The notes beneath the pieces are model-generated. The model did not search any database. It was given only the letters and a program-made list of their open reading frames with translations, and had not been told where the DNA came from. Positions 1 through 13,944 of a stretch of DNA of 64,000 nucleotides are shown in pieces (position 1 is the first letter of the stretch; each line of letters starts with the position of its first letter). Position numbers and translations under genes: made by a program. This DNA comes from Hamiltosporidium tvaerminnensis FI-OER-3-3 (Eukaryota; Fungi; Microsporidia), in assembly GCA_022605425.2 (NCBI GenBank), contig JAKIMF020000004.1, forward strand, positions 1,116,001 through 1,180,000. The letters are read 5' to 3'.

Positions 1-92
1 AACATAAAACGTTTGAAAAGATTCTATTGGTTCAAGAAAAATTTGAGGTAAACTCTGTTAAAATTGTTCCCAGGGTTTGTATTAATTAAGAA

Positions 93-120
93 CTAGTCGT
101 TAAACCCGTAGAAACGGACT
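93..120 (-). other. Helitron 3' terminus: hairpin followed by CTAG|T
   Basis: Minus strand reads AGTCCGT-TTCT-ACGGGTT (stem-loop with G.T pairs), then TAACGA, then CTAG followed by T. This is the canonical Helitron 3' end. Confidence 0.8.
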
Positions 121-3100
121 AAATTATATATCAAAAAATCTTTAATATTGAGTGAATTATTGCATAGTATAGAAATTTGTTTTATCTTCTTTATACTGTT
201 GAAACTCCTGCTTATTAAGCATATTAAGTGGGAAAAGGTTTTCATTTCTATAAGATGCAGTTAAGAATATAGAAATAATTGAAGGGAGCCAAGGAATTTT
301 AATTTACAAAGATATTGCATATACATCCTCCTTCAAACCGAAAATGTTAAGAAATTAACATAAGTAATTAAAGTCATTTATTTATCCTTAAATTTTTTTT
401 AATAAATAAATTTTCTCCAACCTGGAACAAATAAATTTTTATATTGTTTACATTAAAATAATAAGATTTTAGACTTCTAAAATATTTTAATTTTAAAAAT
501 ATAGCGCTTGTATTTTAATATATACTCAGTTGTCAGAAACTGGTTAATATCCTCATTTTTTGTAAATATTTTGTCACTTCCTGGCAAAATTTTATCTTGC
601 TCAGCCGTATCTTTAATATAAACTTTAACATCACTTGAACATATAACACTGTAAAATGCAACATAGAATTGCCCATCGCCAAAACAGGTGTTGGCAAAAA
701 AACAACAAACCTTGTCTAGTGTTTGACTTTGTGATTTGTTTATTGTCATAGCGAAAGCCAATCTGATTGGGAATTGTCTCCGTTAAGTTGAAAGGAAAGA
801 CCTGAATCTATGGTCAAATCGATTCTTGGAGAAATATATAGTCCTCTTTTAAACAATCGGTCAATAATTTAGCTAATATTAGATTCGGCTTCATTTCACA
901 TACAATTAGCCAAGTCCCGTTACAAAACCTTCTTTCTGTATTCAAATTTCTAAGAAGCATAATAATAGCGCCTTTTTAAGATAAGGAGCGTGAAGAGGTG
1001 TTCCAGAAGGTCAAGAGAATTTAAAAACTTTATATGATAATCAGTTATATTATAAGTATCATCACCAATAAGACTATCTGTACTTAAATAAGTTTTTTCT
1101 TTGCCCTAAAGAATATCAAGTACACTTTGATTGATTGTATCAACTTTTTCATTTGTATGCGCTAGAATTACCTTCTTGGAAAATTTACAGATCGTATGTA
1201 CGAATAGTAAGTACTTCGCCAAAAATATCTTTGACAATATCTTTAGAAATCATATAAAATAGGATTTCAATTGCGGTTTCTTCTAAACCCTCAGTATTCA
1301 TAAGTTGTCTATTGCCAAATTTAGCAGCTATTCACTATACGGCTTGTCTTTCGCTTGCATTGTTACGAAGCTTCAATGTGTTAAAGTTATTCCACAAAAA
1401 GCAATGCTTTAAGTTGGATTGAATAACGTCTGTTGCTTGAGCTCCGGGTATTACGGCAAACGATTTCAATAATCTCCTCCCAAAATTATTGCTTACACCA
1501 AAACTTAATCGGGATTTACATTAAATGTCTCTCAATAATCTATCTATAGTTTGCATGGAGAAACCTGGAGCTATGGTACCTTCATATTATATAATGCGAA
1601 AAGAATCATGAATTTCTCGCCCTTCGCTCGAGTTTAGTTATACACCACAAACAGACGTTTCATTAAGAATCAGTTGGAACTATAAATCTTGAATAATATG
1701 AGCCCCCTTTATCTAGTAAGTTTGTTAACATTCCTGTTAAGGCACCTGAAATAATAGTTCTTTCAATTCGTTTTATTGCATAATACAATGCTTTATAAAG
1801 ATAAGCCTTTCCCCTAACTCCTGGTCCGTCTAAAAAGAAAGACTTTTTTCGTTATTTCTGGTATTATAATGTGTTCTAAAGCATTTCTTTGCTCTTCATT
1901 TAATGTTTCTTCATAGTTAAAAATTTCTTGTTCATCAAATGTAGCACATAGTAGTAGAAGATTAGTCGGGAGGTATTCTAATCCGAAATCTCTACAGCGT
2001 TTTCCATGTGTATTCAAAATCATATTTGTATCATTCAAAACATAACTCACACACAATTCGCAAAATTCCCCGACGGCATGCTCGTAAAAGCGGCGACACT
2101 CTTCGATAAGATTATCTTTGTGATTTGTCCATAATTTTGAAATGTAAGCAACATCACTAAAAAGACATATATATGCGAATAAATCTCTTATGTTTTTCTG
2201 TATTTTCATCGTTAATGCATCATTTAAAGTTTCGTTCCCAAAGTTTTCATCAGTTGTCAACTCTTTTGCTATAGCTGCTTTAAAAAAATTTTTATAAGTT
2301 TTTCCGTTCCTGTCCTCAAATATTCGAAATAAGTGGCTCCCGATATATGCAATAACAAAATTCTTAAGTAACATAACTCGAAGTTCACCATAATCATGAG
2401 TAAGATTCTTCCGATACAGTTTTTTGCGATTCTAATTCGAGGTAGCCCCATGTGGTCTTTGCAGACTAAGTTCTCGGGGATTTCGGAAGATTTCAAGTGA
2501 CAGTACTGAGTATATTCCCTATATACCTCGAACAAAGCTGTTAATGTGCTGTCTATATTATTAGATATAGATTCTTTTATTCTTTGTTCAGCTGGTTGAA
2601 AAATATATTTTGTTCTCCTTAAAGATGAACTGGTTTTCTTTCAACAGTATGGCTTTGTTCATGTGTAGGAAATTTAAAAATTCTGCAGAGGGCATCATGA
2701 GGACTTACATACCTTGAATCTTTATGAGTTTTTATTTCGTCAAATTTAAAACTAATATTTGCGCAATCGGATTCTTTATAAGCATAGCCAAATAGATATT
2801 TTACATTTTAAATGAAGCACATATATCAACATTTATATGAAAGTTATATTTTAAGGAAATATATGGATTATAAGGAACCACGCAGCTATTATCAACATGA
2901 TTTTTCCCGATTTTAACTAGATCCTTTTTTCGTCTACGATAAAGAGGGTATCCGTCAGATTTTAAACCGTGTATACTTTTAATTTTTGGTAATAATTTAC
3001 TACATATATTTTCAACCATGTAATGTGAATATGACGTAAATCCACATGCTTCATAAATCATATTTTTAGTTATTATACTAAATAATTCAGGATGAGTATA

Positions 3101-4744
3101 TTTATTAGGAATTTCTGCCGAATTCATTTTATCAATTAATGCTGCATCGCGTGGCTTATTATAACCTTTCAAAGTTATCAAAATATGAGCATTTGGTAAT
3201 TCGCTTTTTGGAAATTCTAAGAAATAGCAATATGCTTTTACCTTTCGAAAAATTTTATTTTTTATAATATCTGTCATTAAGACCTTATGTTTTTGTCTAA
3301 AGATCTATCTGGTAAATCAGGCCTATTCTCGTGTTTTTCATTTGCATCTGGATTTTCAAATATTGTAGCATACTTTGGATTGCAAGTCATACTAATGAAC
3401 AAATCAAGTTTCCCACATTTTCTAACCATTGCCATAGCATCTGAGATTTCTGCTGCATGTTTCGAGGACTGCCTGAAAATTTTGAAGGCAAAATTACTCT
3501 CTTTCCCACATTAATGCCTTCTTTACTATCTTGATTTTTCATATACTAAATTAAATCATTTATTTTTTCGGCTCGAAGATCTTTTTGATGTGTCCGAGCA
3601 TGATTCAAATCATCGACTTCAGCTTTGCAATATGCATCTGCTTTAACTGTTGAGTAAATCTCTCTGCTCTTAAAAGTTGGTTGAATTCATCTCTAAATAC
3701 AAGTACAAATAAAATTGTTTAAATGTAAAATTTTTATGAGCTTCAACGCTTTTCCTCTTGCATTATAAAGTTTTATGTTAACCATAAGTTTGTTCTCTAT
3801 ATGAAAACAACGGTGGATAAGACAAAGCATTTAGATTTCTATGCCTGTAGTCTATACGACGTGTTTTAGGAATTACAGTATCTTCCAGCCTAAGATGCCC
3901 CAGTATGTATCTATCAACAGGAGTTTCTACGTCTCTACTCGCAAAAACAATTGCTACTTCATTACAGCGGTAATCATTATATCTTTTCGAATCAGCTTTT
4001 CTATTTTGCAATATTTCTATTTAAATTTATGTTTCTATGGTAGGCTTAAATATTTTTGGGCTTCTTCAACTTCATACATCATTTTGAAAGCACGCGCAAA
4101 AGGATTGTATTTCATAAAATAGATGTTTTTTCCATGAGTCTTAACCAACACGTTTTATTTGCTACTTCATTTATCCTTTCGTTATTTGCTGCATCTTTAT
4201 CAAGAATGTATAATTAGCATATTTTCTGCTATAATTTTTGTCTGGATGCAGCGTCCCGAAAGATGATACATTTTTCAATGAATACGGTAACAAAATAGAC
4301 CGGACCCTCGAGGAATTTTAATATTTGCTCAGATCGAGATAAAAGCAAGAGCACTATTATATGATCTTATATTTTTTAAAAATTTATTTGAATCGGTATC
4401 CTGCACGTTCATTCATTTTTTTAGCGTCTCGTGTATTTTAATATTTTTGATTTAATAGATCCTAAATTGCAACATATATTAAAGAGTTTTGATGCTGGCC
4501 TTTTACGTTTGAAAAATTTCGCTTGGCATCTGTGACAGGTTTTTTCTAGTCCGCCAAGATGATGTTTTACAATTTGTTTTTTATCAAATTCTGTCAATTT
4601 CTCAATGCAATACATAAAAGTTGCTCTGTCATAAGTCGTTCTCTAGAAATTCTATGTGAATTTTTATTTCTTTGCGTTTCCCTGCTAGCATTTTATACTG
4701 TTCTATTTTTCCTTAAATTTTGTAGCCTTGGTCTTTCTAAATGT

Positions 4745-5100
4745 CTCTCTTCTTGTGATTTATTTTCTCTCAAAGCTTTTAGATATACTATTTCAGCCTT
4801 CTTCTCCTCTTCTGATTTATTTTCTCACAAGGCTTTAAACCGTGCAAACTCAGCCTTCCTCTCCTCTTCTGATTTATTTTCTCTAAGAGCCCTCATCCTT
4901 AATCCTTCTGCATTTCTCTCCTCCTCAGATTCATTTTCCCTAAGAGCCCTCATCCTTAAAACTTCTGCATTTCTCTCCTCTTCTGATTTATTTTCTCTTA
5001 GAGCTATTAGCCGAGCTAACTAGGTATTACTCTCTTCTTCTGATATATTTTCTCTCTGAGTTATAAGTCGCATTAATTCGGAATTTTTTTCATCCTCTGA
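4745..5100 (-). repeat. About six 60-bp tandem repeats encoding 20-aa charged repeats in the Helitron N-terminus
   Basis: TCTTCTGATTTATTTTCTCT-like units recur every 60 bp; the minus strand encodes ..ALRENKSEEE.. units. Confidence 0.8.
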
Positions 5101-6904
5101 TCTTTAGCCCTTATCTTTTAAGTCGCGCTAGATTTTTATTCTGTTTTATGCTGAAAGATTTTTTCATTTAGTTTTATCACGTTCTGCTCTTTTTTTGTTT
5201 AGCTTCTAAGATATTTGCGGATTTTTCTTCGTCTATATAAACTTGCTTTTTTCGTGGCGTTACGTAGCACATAGTGAGGTAATCATATAACTTTATATTT
5301 TCTGGAAGCGTTTTAGTTTAAACTAATGTTATTTTTTTATGATATTAATCGAAACAAAAATATTATATTAGTTGATTTTTGGTTCATGGTAATCTCTATG
5401 GCTATATTTAAGTTAGGTTAGATCTCTTAATCGTCTTATGAAAAAAATCTCATTAGGTTAGTGTTACCAACAACCTAGGATTTTATGTTTTAATTTGATT
5501 AAGTTATAGATCATGAAAAATAAAAATTATCCTTACCTTTATTGATTTATTGTTTACTAATAAGATTTTTTTAAAATAAGATTACATAAAAATTCGCAAA
5601 AAACATTTATCTCATTCGTCAGCTAGCTTGGATTTATTGTTCTTTTGGTTTAAAATATTCTTTATTTTTAATTTTTTGTTTATATTTCGAGACAAAGCTT
5701 CATTTCTATTCATAGAATTTCGATGTTTTGAATGTATAAATATTACTTTTGATTACATACTAATGCCTTCTCATCACATTAATGTACATTTAGATGATTA
5801 TTCTTTAGATGCATGAAGTATGTTTAACAATCGTTTCTGATTCCGTAATATTTTCCTCCGATTCGAAATTTTTCTTCGTGTAAAATAAAAGATTTAAATA
5901 ATTTTTGACTACTATTGAGTGAATAAATCATCTCATTAGCCAAATTTTAAATATATACATTCATTTATAGTTAATCTATCCTTAAATTCTTAGAAAATAA
6001 ATCTTAACCAAGTGATTTAATTGTTTTTATGACAGAATACTTTAGAAAAATGAAAAATAAATATATTAATATTTTTTTCCTTCCATATTTATACAGTCTA
6101 AAAAGTATTTTTACAATATTTATTATTTCGAATATTTTGTTGAACCAATAGAATTTTTTTAATTGTTTTATGTTTACTTCTACTTACTATTATTAGTTGT
6201 GTAAGATTTATGAACAAATAGAAAGAAACATATCTTAATTGGAGCATTCTTATTGGTGTCTTATATTTTTTTTAACCAATTAAACATTTCGGGTGAGTCG
6301 TCGTCGTCATCGGAACATTTCTGAATTTTTTAAATGAAAATTGAATACTCAGAAAAAAACAGATATTATGAAAGCTTTAAATAAATTTGTACACAATATT
6401 ATGCTTTTTAGTGCATGTATCAAATTTTACAACGAAATTTTGCTTTACACATATTGACCAATGCAAATAACTGAAAAAAGCAAAAAAAAGAACACAAAAG
6501 AATAATATTAATTTTATTGGATATTTTATTCATAATTAAAACATCCTATTTGCTTATGCTAAAGAAATCTTAAGAAATGATGGATAATAAAATGTTAAGG
6601 AATTTGGGAATAAATAGGTTATAAGGATATAGAATGTAAAAGGCTATATCAAAAAATAAAGTGTGTTATCAAGATTAAAAATGTATACGAAATAACGGGG
6701 GTTCTATTGGACATGAGGGGGTTTATTGGCCCGTGACAATTATTAACCAATAAAAATTCATACAAAATCCTTTTGAATATAAATTTTCTTTTATGATTTA
6801 AATTAAATGATTCCTTTGCTTTAAAAAATCGGTAATTTAATGTTTTAGTGCTTTTTTAATTTAATTAATATTACTTATAAAAAATCTCTTCTAAATAACC
6901 ATAA

Positions 6905-7459
6905 ATGTCGAAACAAAAAAAGAGAGTTTCCGAGGAGTTTATGAATAATATTTTTGAATATAAACTGCAAGAACGTAAGGCTAAGATTAAAACCGGAATT
7001 TATAAAATTATAACGCATGGTTTTATATTTTCGATTTTCTATACCATGTTTTTGTTGTACTATATTATCTTGACATATCTTTTTATCATGAGATTCGATC
7101 CTAATATAGTTTACAAATCTATAAAAAAATATTTTTTACTCATACATTTATTCCTTCCGCATATAGTGTATCATTTAACGATTATGTCTAAAAATTTAAG
7201 TAATGTGATTCTAAAACTTTTAATTTTTAAAATGTCTATTTTTATATGTAAATCGTTCGAAATAATTATTGATATAAAAAATCCGTTGGAAATTGGAAAC
7301 ACTTTACCGATATTTATCTATTTTATCTATCAATTACTCAGATTAAGGATTTCATTCAAGTATTTTGTAGATTTTGTATCTTTTATTTTTGAATTTGAGA
7401 AACAACTTGTTCAGGATACATCGAATTTATTTTTAAAATTAGTTATGGTTTTATCATAG
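6905..7459 (+). CDS. Multi-pass membrane protein (lineage-specific family A); C-terminus apparently frameshifted and cut by an element insertion
   Basis: 184-aa hydrophobic ORF paralogous to 9752-10497 (FEIIIDIKNPLEIGNTLPIFIYFIYQLLRL vs FEIIFEINNPLCAENTLPIIMLFIYQFLRL). The 730-nt element starts a few bp after the stop. Confidence 0.6.
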   Translation: MSKQKKRVSEEFMNNIFEYKLQERKAKIKTGIYKIITHGFIFSIFYTMFLLYYIILTYLFIMRFDPNIVYKSIKKYFLLIHLFLPHIVYHLTIMSKNLSNVILKLLIFKMSIFICKSFEIIIDIKNPLEIGNTLPIFIYFIYQLLRLRISFKYFVDFVSFIFEFEKQLVQDTSNLFLKLVMVLS

Positions 7460-7464
7460 AAGCA

Positions 7465-8192
7465 ATGGAGGGAGGATAACCACATAAAAAACTTTCTGCT
7501 TGGCAATGAGTGTGTGAAACTGGTGGGAGATCATTGTTTGGATTTTTGGTGGGAATAAAACCACACTACATCTTCGGTTGTTCCATGGGTGTTTGTATGA
7601 GAAGGAGAGGTCTAAGAAATGGAGAAACTTTTTCTAAAAATTTATTTGTAGTTTTTTATGTAACCAGATTGCAGACCGCAGCTGAACATGTAGGTAATTG
7701 CCATGTAAAAACATGGAAACCTAGCCTTGCTCACTCGGGTTAGAAGACTTAGCGCCTGGGAGATATAAAACAAACAACCATTTAAAGCCGGGTGAGCTAA
7801 GTAGCAGGTTATACCTGTTGGTATGACATTGCACTGTCTAGGTGGACCCCATGTAATTCTCTGAAATATATCTTAGCTAGAAGTTTATTGGGTTCAGAAA
7901 GTGTAGAGTAAGTGGGAATGCTGCATAGTCTTGGGGGGAGCCCAGGGGGGGATTCGGCCTTCGATCACACTCCATGCAACGGACATTAACCAACTTGGGC
8001 AACTGCCTCGCCTAGTAATTAGGTTCTAAACACCTGGTAGATGAAAGGCTTTGGGATGTAGGTATCACAGGGGGTACTGATGGAGTTTTGGCTAGCAGTT
8101 ATTTATGTTAAACCTATAACTACGTTAATGTCATGAAAACAGATATAACACTTGCCACTATTTTAAAAAGATGTGATACTTTTAATAAAAGT
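7465..8192 (+). mobile_element. ~730-nt non-coding retroposon (SINE-like), young copy 1
   Basis: Runs from TGGAGGGAGGATAACCACATAAAAAAC to GATGTGATACTTTTAATAAAAGT; colinear and very similar to 49482-50216. Confidence 0.9.
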
Positions 8193-9751
8193 CTAAATAC
8201 TGTATTTTATATATCATCGTAAAAGAAAGAACAATGTTTCTATAATAAAAATACAATTTAAATTCAATATAAATTACATAATAGCCTGACTGATAACGAT
8301 AAAAAGGCATTTAATAACAAATTTACCTACATTTAAAAATACGCATAATTTTTAAAGATTTATAAGGAATTATATTATAACTTCTATTACCTTAATATTT
8401 TTTAAAATAAAATAATAACAGATAGAATTTAGGTGCTTCTCCTCAGAATTAAAATTTTCGATAAAAGCCTAAATTATTACAAAATGTATTTGGTTTAGAT
8501 TATAAAAATAAATTTGAGGATCTCATATCTTACAACGCCAAAGAGCTTATTTAATTAAATTTTTAGCATTTCATAAAATCAAAAGAATATCCAATTTTCA
8601 ATATAGCTCATAACATAAAACTATTTTATACCAGACAAGCATTAAATTTAGCCCCATAAATAATTATTTTTTAAAATAAAAAATTTTAATATCAAAAGCC
8701 AACATTTTGTCAAAAAATAAATCTTTGCTTTTAAAACGATAACCAAGCTAATTAATTATTATTTTATTTTAATGGAAAAATCTATGTTCGATTTTTTTAA
8801 GACGAGTAATTTTTATTGATCTTACTTGCATCATTCTAAACTCTTATCCACTGTATTTTTTGATTTATACTTAACTCTTTTTATATTCTAAATATTTTTT
8901 TTTATTTCAGTCGTTTTATTCGTATTCTCAGGTTCCTTGGTTTTGGTGATTGATTTTATAACATGTTTTTATCTTATTTGCGTTTATTTAATTTGGGTAT
9001 AAATTTTTCAGGAATTTTTTACTTATATATTACATTTCCAAATGCACCATTTGACTACACATCAAAACTGAGCTTAGTAGAAGCTTTCTGTCAATCGAAA
9101 AAAATAGTTTGCCTTTTTAAAGTCCTATTTCCAAATGTACCCTTTATTCTTACTGATATTCTAAGCTTCAAGGTATATTTTAGATTTTTAGTTCTAATAA
9201 ATAGTACTCCAAGCCTTCACAAAACGTTTGTCTCAATATTTATAAAAAAATCAATATCATTTGGAATAAGCAGTAATTCAATATTTTTAAAATCTGCAAA
9301 TATTATAAATAAAGCAGTTTAGCAAAATTGTGAGTAAATAATCTGAATAAAGAAAAACTTGATAGCCAGAATTTCATGAAAATAATTACGATATGTGCTT
9401 AAAACATAAAGAATGCCTAAATTTGAAATTTAGAGTAGTTTTTTTTCATTTACTATATATTATAAATTTTCTCTGAATATATCGAACTTCAAATATTTCG
9501 AATGAAAAATTAATTACGATCCACCTTTATTACTGGTTGTATACATGCACAATCTTTCAATCAAAAGTTTCATATACAAGTTTTATATTATAACTTTAAG
9601 CTCAAATAAAATTTCTTTCTTAGCTTTAAAATTAATAATTTACTATTTTTATACGGTTTTTTAATTAAAATATTTTTGATTAAAAATATTTTTTAAAATA
9701 CCGTAGATACACAGACGAAAAAGCCATCTTTCAGAGGTTTATGAAAAACCA

Positions 9752-10497
9752 ATGTTTACATACGAACTACAAGAAAATAATACACCGTTAAAGAACATAA
9801 TATCTAATTTTATAACCAATGCCATCATATTCACTATAATTTATATAATTTACATGTCCTATTATATAGTATTAATATATTTTCTATGCTCTTTATTCGA
9901 ATTTAAAAGATTCTTTAGATTTATGATAGGTATCTCATTCTTACAAATTTAATTCTTTCATAATTAGTTTATCATTTAATAATTAAATTCCGAGAATTGG
10001 AGATCACTGTTTTGAAATTTTTGATATTTAATATAACAATTCTCTTCTGTGTAACATTTGAAATAATTTTTGAAATAAATAATCCGTTATGTGCTGAAAA
10101 TACTTTACCAATAATTATGCTGTTTATTTATCAATTTCTTAGATTAATGATTTTATTCAAGTATTTTGCAGATTTTATAGCTTTAATTTTAATTTGAAAA
10201 ACAAATTGTTCGAAATACATTTATCTTTTTTCTTAAATTTACTTCTTTTTTTATTATTGAAGCGATTTTAAAGCTACATTTAAGTAATTCTTTCAATGAA
10301 ATTTTCTTTTTTCAATCGATTTTCTTAATTTTTAATATTCTTTATATAACAATATTCATTAGAAGAACGAAAAATATTTTAGACCGTACATTAGGTATAA
10401 TAGTATATATTTTGTTTTATATTATATTGAATGGAACCTCTATGAACAATTTTTTGTTAAAAGAACAATTGAAAGTTAGGCGAATCAACATATAATG
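9752..10497 (+). pseudogene. Pseudogene paralog of membrane family A
   Basis: ORF pieces 9752-9952 and 9997-10197 are homologous to 6905-7459, with an in-frame stop and a frameshift. The hydrophobic reading continues to about 10497. Confidence 0.65.
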
Positions 10498-10639
10498 TGA
10501 TTTAATTTAATAAAATTTATTTTTATAACATGTAACTTTTTTCACAAAAACAATCTTTAAATTAATCAAAAAATTGCAATTGATTTACAAATATTTTTGG
10601 TTTTAAAACAATGTGGTATATTGTTTAGTAGTCTAGAAA

Positions 10640-11340
10640 GATTTATCACACTTAAACTACAAATTTGGAAAAGAAAAAGCCAAATTAATCTAAAAACCAT
10701 TGCTTGGAGATTCAGGGTGATAACCTACACTTTCTGGTTTCTCCATAAGAAATTTTTGCATGAAAGAGGAGGGTCTTCAAAACGGCGAAAATTTTCTATA
10801 GAGTTAGTTTGTAATTTTTATGTAACAAGATTGAAAATTCAAATTAAATATTTAGTTAATACCGTGTAACACATATATTCATAGTCTTTCTTACATCACA
10901 AGACATTGTGACAAGTATATTAAAACTTTAATGCTTAAAAATGCCTGAATGCCAGGTAGCTGGTTATTCTGTTGGTATAGTATTGTAAACTCTAGATGAG
11001 TTCAATGCAAGTCTCCGAAATATGTTTTAACTAAAACCTGCTCGGTAAGTATGTATAGAGTATGTGATAATGCTGCTAGTGTTTAGGTACCCAAAATAGG
11101 TTTATACTTACGATCAAACATAATATAAAGAATATTATCCATTTCAGGCAGCCGCATAGACTAGTAAATAAGCCAAGAGTGTCTTTTAGATCAAATGCTT
11201 CGAATGTTGGCATTGTAAGAGATCTATATGTTTTAAATGGCTGATATATATCTTTATATTCAGAAATGTATTTATGTCATGGAAACAATATCGAACCAGC
11301 CATTTTTGAAAATATATGATGTTTATTCTATAAATAAAAA
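10640..11340 (+). mobile_element. Old diverged copy of the 730-nt element
   Basis: Colinear remnants: GAGGAGGGTCTTCAAAACGGCGAAAATTTTC, TTTTTATGTAACAAGATTG, TGTTGGTATAG, TTATGTCATGGAAAC, terminal AATAAA. Confidence 0.7.
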
Positions 11341-13944
11341 CATTGTTTCCTATTCTGGCTTTTTTAAATTGTATTGTTTATCTTTATAGTGTTTCACTGA
11401 ATATTTATACTTTATTTTTTTTATCTTTTGTGTGATTTACTATTCTGGTATTATTTTTTAAAAATAAATCATTTTTGTGGATTTTATTTTTTTATCTTTG
11501 AAATTTTAAAAAATATTCTTAATAAAATTGCGATTCTGATGCTTTAATATATTTCGATTTTTTATCTCTTTCTACATTTAAAAAATTGCAAATTTTTTTC
11601 AAATTATTTTATAATGGTAAAGAGTAAACATTAGTAGTATTATGGTTGTTTTAATGTATTATATTAAATTTGTTCTTCATTGAAATATATTGTGTTTTTT
11701 ACATAGGTTTTGGATTTTATTTTGAAAAGACGGATGGAGAAAGGAGATAAGCATTTGACGAGGTGTGTGAATTGAATTAAAATTATATTTATAAAATTTA
11801 AGAACAGAGGGATGATGGTAGTACATTAAGAGTTGTGTTAATTAAATTGAAATTATTTTTTTTAAGAAGAGAATAGATTAAGGAAGACTTCGGTGGTAAA
11901 TAAAATTTAAGCTTGTGTTTTTAATTTATTGATTTAAAGATAGATAACATAGGAAAAATAATCGTGTCTAGAATAATTAAAATTACAAATTTAAGGTTTA
12001 ACAACTATTTTATGTGGACTTGGATTGGTTTTTAGAAAACGTAAGTAATCTTTTATGTTTGTTGATTCAAAATATATTGGTTTATAGGACGTTTTGAGTT
12101 TGCAAATAAATGCTTATTTTGTGCAAAAGTAAGTTTTGAAGTATCATAAATCATTCAAGGATTATATTATTAAATAAAAGGCTTGGATTAACCATAGCAC
12201 TGAAGTCTTCTTTGTAGTAAGTTTAAATCGATCAAACTGATTTATAGACACATTTTTCATAATGCTAAATATCTGAATAAAAGAAAATGAAGAAGAACAA
12301 TCGGATTGTGTGAAAAAAAACCATACCGAATGATAGATTTGTCTGAACTTAGAAGAAAAAAACCTCTTTATAAAACCTTGAGCAGAAGCTATATAGAATC
12401 ATGTTATTTGTTTTGACTCATTAATAAGGTTTATACTGAATAAATATTTATATATTTTTTAAAAAAAAATTGTATTTGGTATAACAAAGTGCAAGTATGC
12501 ACATTCGGTATTTTTATTTTAATTTAAAAATAAAAATGTATTTTTTGAAAAAGAAATATAGCCCCTAAGTAAGTAAATATGAATTTAGATATTTATGTAA
12601 TATACCTGTAAAGTATGTTTAGTTTTTTTTTTAGAAATAAGAATTAATTTATTGAAAAATTACATTGAAGTGACCCTGGTAAAATATAATTAAAGTCATG
12701 TAAAAAATTGTAAACAGTCTCTTTGAAAATTCTTCCAATTTAGTATGCGGAAATAAGAATTACACAGCTTTCTCTTGATTTAAATCAATAGAATGATTAA
12801 AACTAAATTTTATTTGATAAAAAATAAAATTAAAAAGCAATTATTTGAACTAAAATTTATTATGAGCTTTATTCAAAATAGTAAGACTTCGAAATTGATT
12901 AAGTACTATTTTAAATTAATGTGTAGTATTTGCGTATAAATATAGTATAAAGGGTTTTTTATACTATGAACCGACTATAATTGATCTCGAATAACATATA
13001 TGTGCTTTAGAAACCTATATTTGATATAAACGTATGTTAAATTTCGAACGATCTAAAGTTCAGTAAACCAGGTTTTTTTCATACGAAAAATAGACTAAAT
13101 CAAATGCCAACAAAAGCGTAAAGATAATGCAGAGTTGTAATAAATAGAGCAAATATGCACTAAAATAGGCAAAAAACGGCATTTACGTGCTAAAGAAAAA
13201 GACTGGCAATAATAGCGATAATTAATATTGCAGAAAGTAAGATGAAATCACGGTAAATAAATTCTCGACTCAAAATATAAAAAAAATAGAACAAATAAAA
13301 TGCTACATAAATATCTTGGGATAAACTACTTAAAGAAAATCATACGTCTTGTATTTAGTAAATTTGATTTCTTGTAATTTACTCATTAAGTAAATGATGA
13401 CCACAATAAATACATTTTTTTAAAAAATTATTGATATTTAGCCCAGAATTATTTTCTTATATAGGCAATTGAATTTGGTTAGTAGCATTGAAGCTAAAAA
13501 CCAAGTACAATTTTAATAATTTAAACGAAACGAAAACATAATTAAAATATAACATTTTCACTGTGAAATAGAATTTGAAATTTCTTTCTATTAAATATAT
13601 TCGGTTGTTTGTGTTTTATCAAAAGAAATACTATTTTATCTATTACTAACCATCGGTTGATTTATGGCGTCTTTCTTTAGAAGAAAAATGGAATTAATAA
13701 AATTTAACTAGAATAAAATCTTTATGCGAATTGCTGATTTTCCGTGTTGATTTACCCAATACAAAAATGTGATAACATAGCTCAAGCAAAATACTTCGAA
13801 ATTATGTGTTTAAGCATCAAGATGGTGCATTTACTTACAAATATAAAATTAATTGAAGTAATTTTATTTTTTTTTGTAAATTAACCAATTTTTTCTTTTT
13901 TTAATATTTTTTTGCTATTTTTATATAGAATAAGTAAATCATTT

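Larger units (their letters stand above)
93..5260 (-). mobile_element. Degenerate autonomous-type Helitron (RepHel) with frameshifts and stops; 5' boundary not defined
   Basis: Minus-strand fragments in Helitron order: N-terminal charged repeats, Zn-finger (TCHRCQAKFF...ICCNLG, 4421-4615), Rep motifs (LEFPKSELPNAHILI, DGYPLYRRR, VVPYNPY..LKYNFHINV, 2801-3277), CYLRILLLHISGATYFEYLRT (2269-2535) and PIF1 helicase C-terminus (AFAMTINKSQSQTL, FGDGQFYVA, 477-761). The terminal hairpin and CTAG lie at 93-120. Confidence 0.9.

Noticed and set aside
4559-5023. 154-aa plus-strand ORF
   Set aside because: Antisense of the Helitron 60-bp coding repeats.
7510-7743. Recurrent 60-108 aa ORFs inside the 730-nt element (also 19514, 19561, 28820, 35012, 49554)
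   Set aside because: Mostly non-ATG starts; frames and stops are not conserved between copies, so they are by-products of a non-coding repeat.
7465-8192. Element as a solo LTR, MITE, or group I/II intron
   Set aside because: No TG..CA ends or 4-6 bp TSD and no TIRs. The ACCGCAGC and CATAGTC resemblances to group I Q/S motifs lack proper pairing partners, and no group II domain V was seen.
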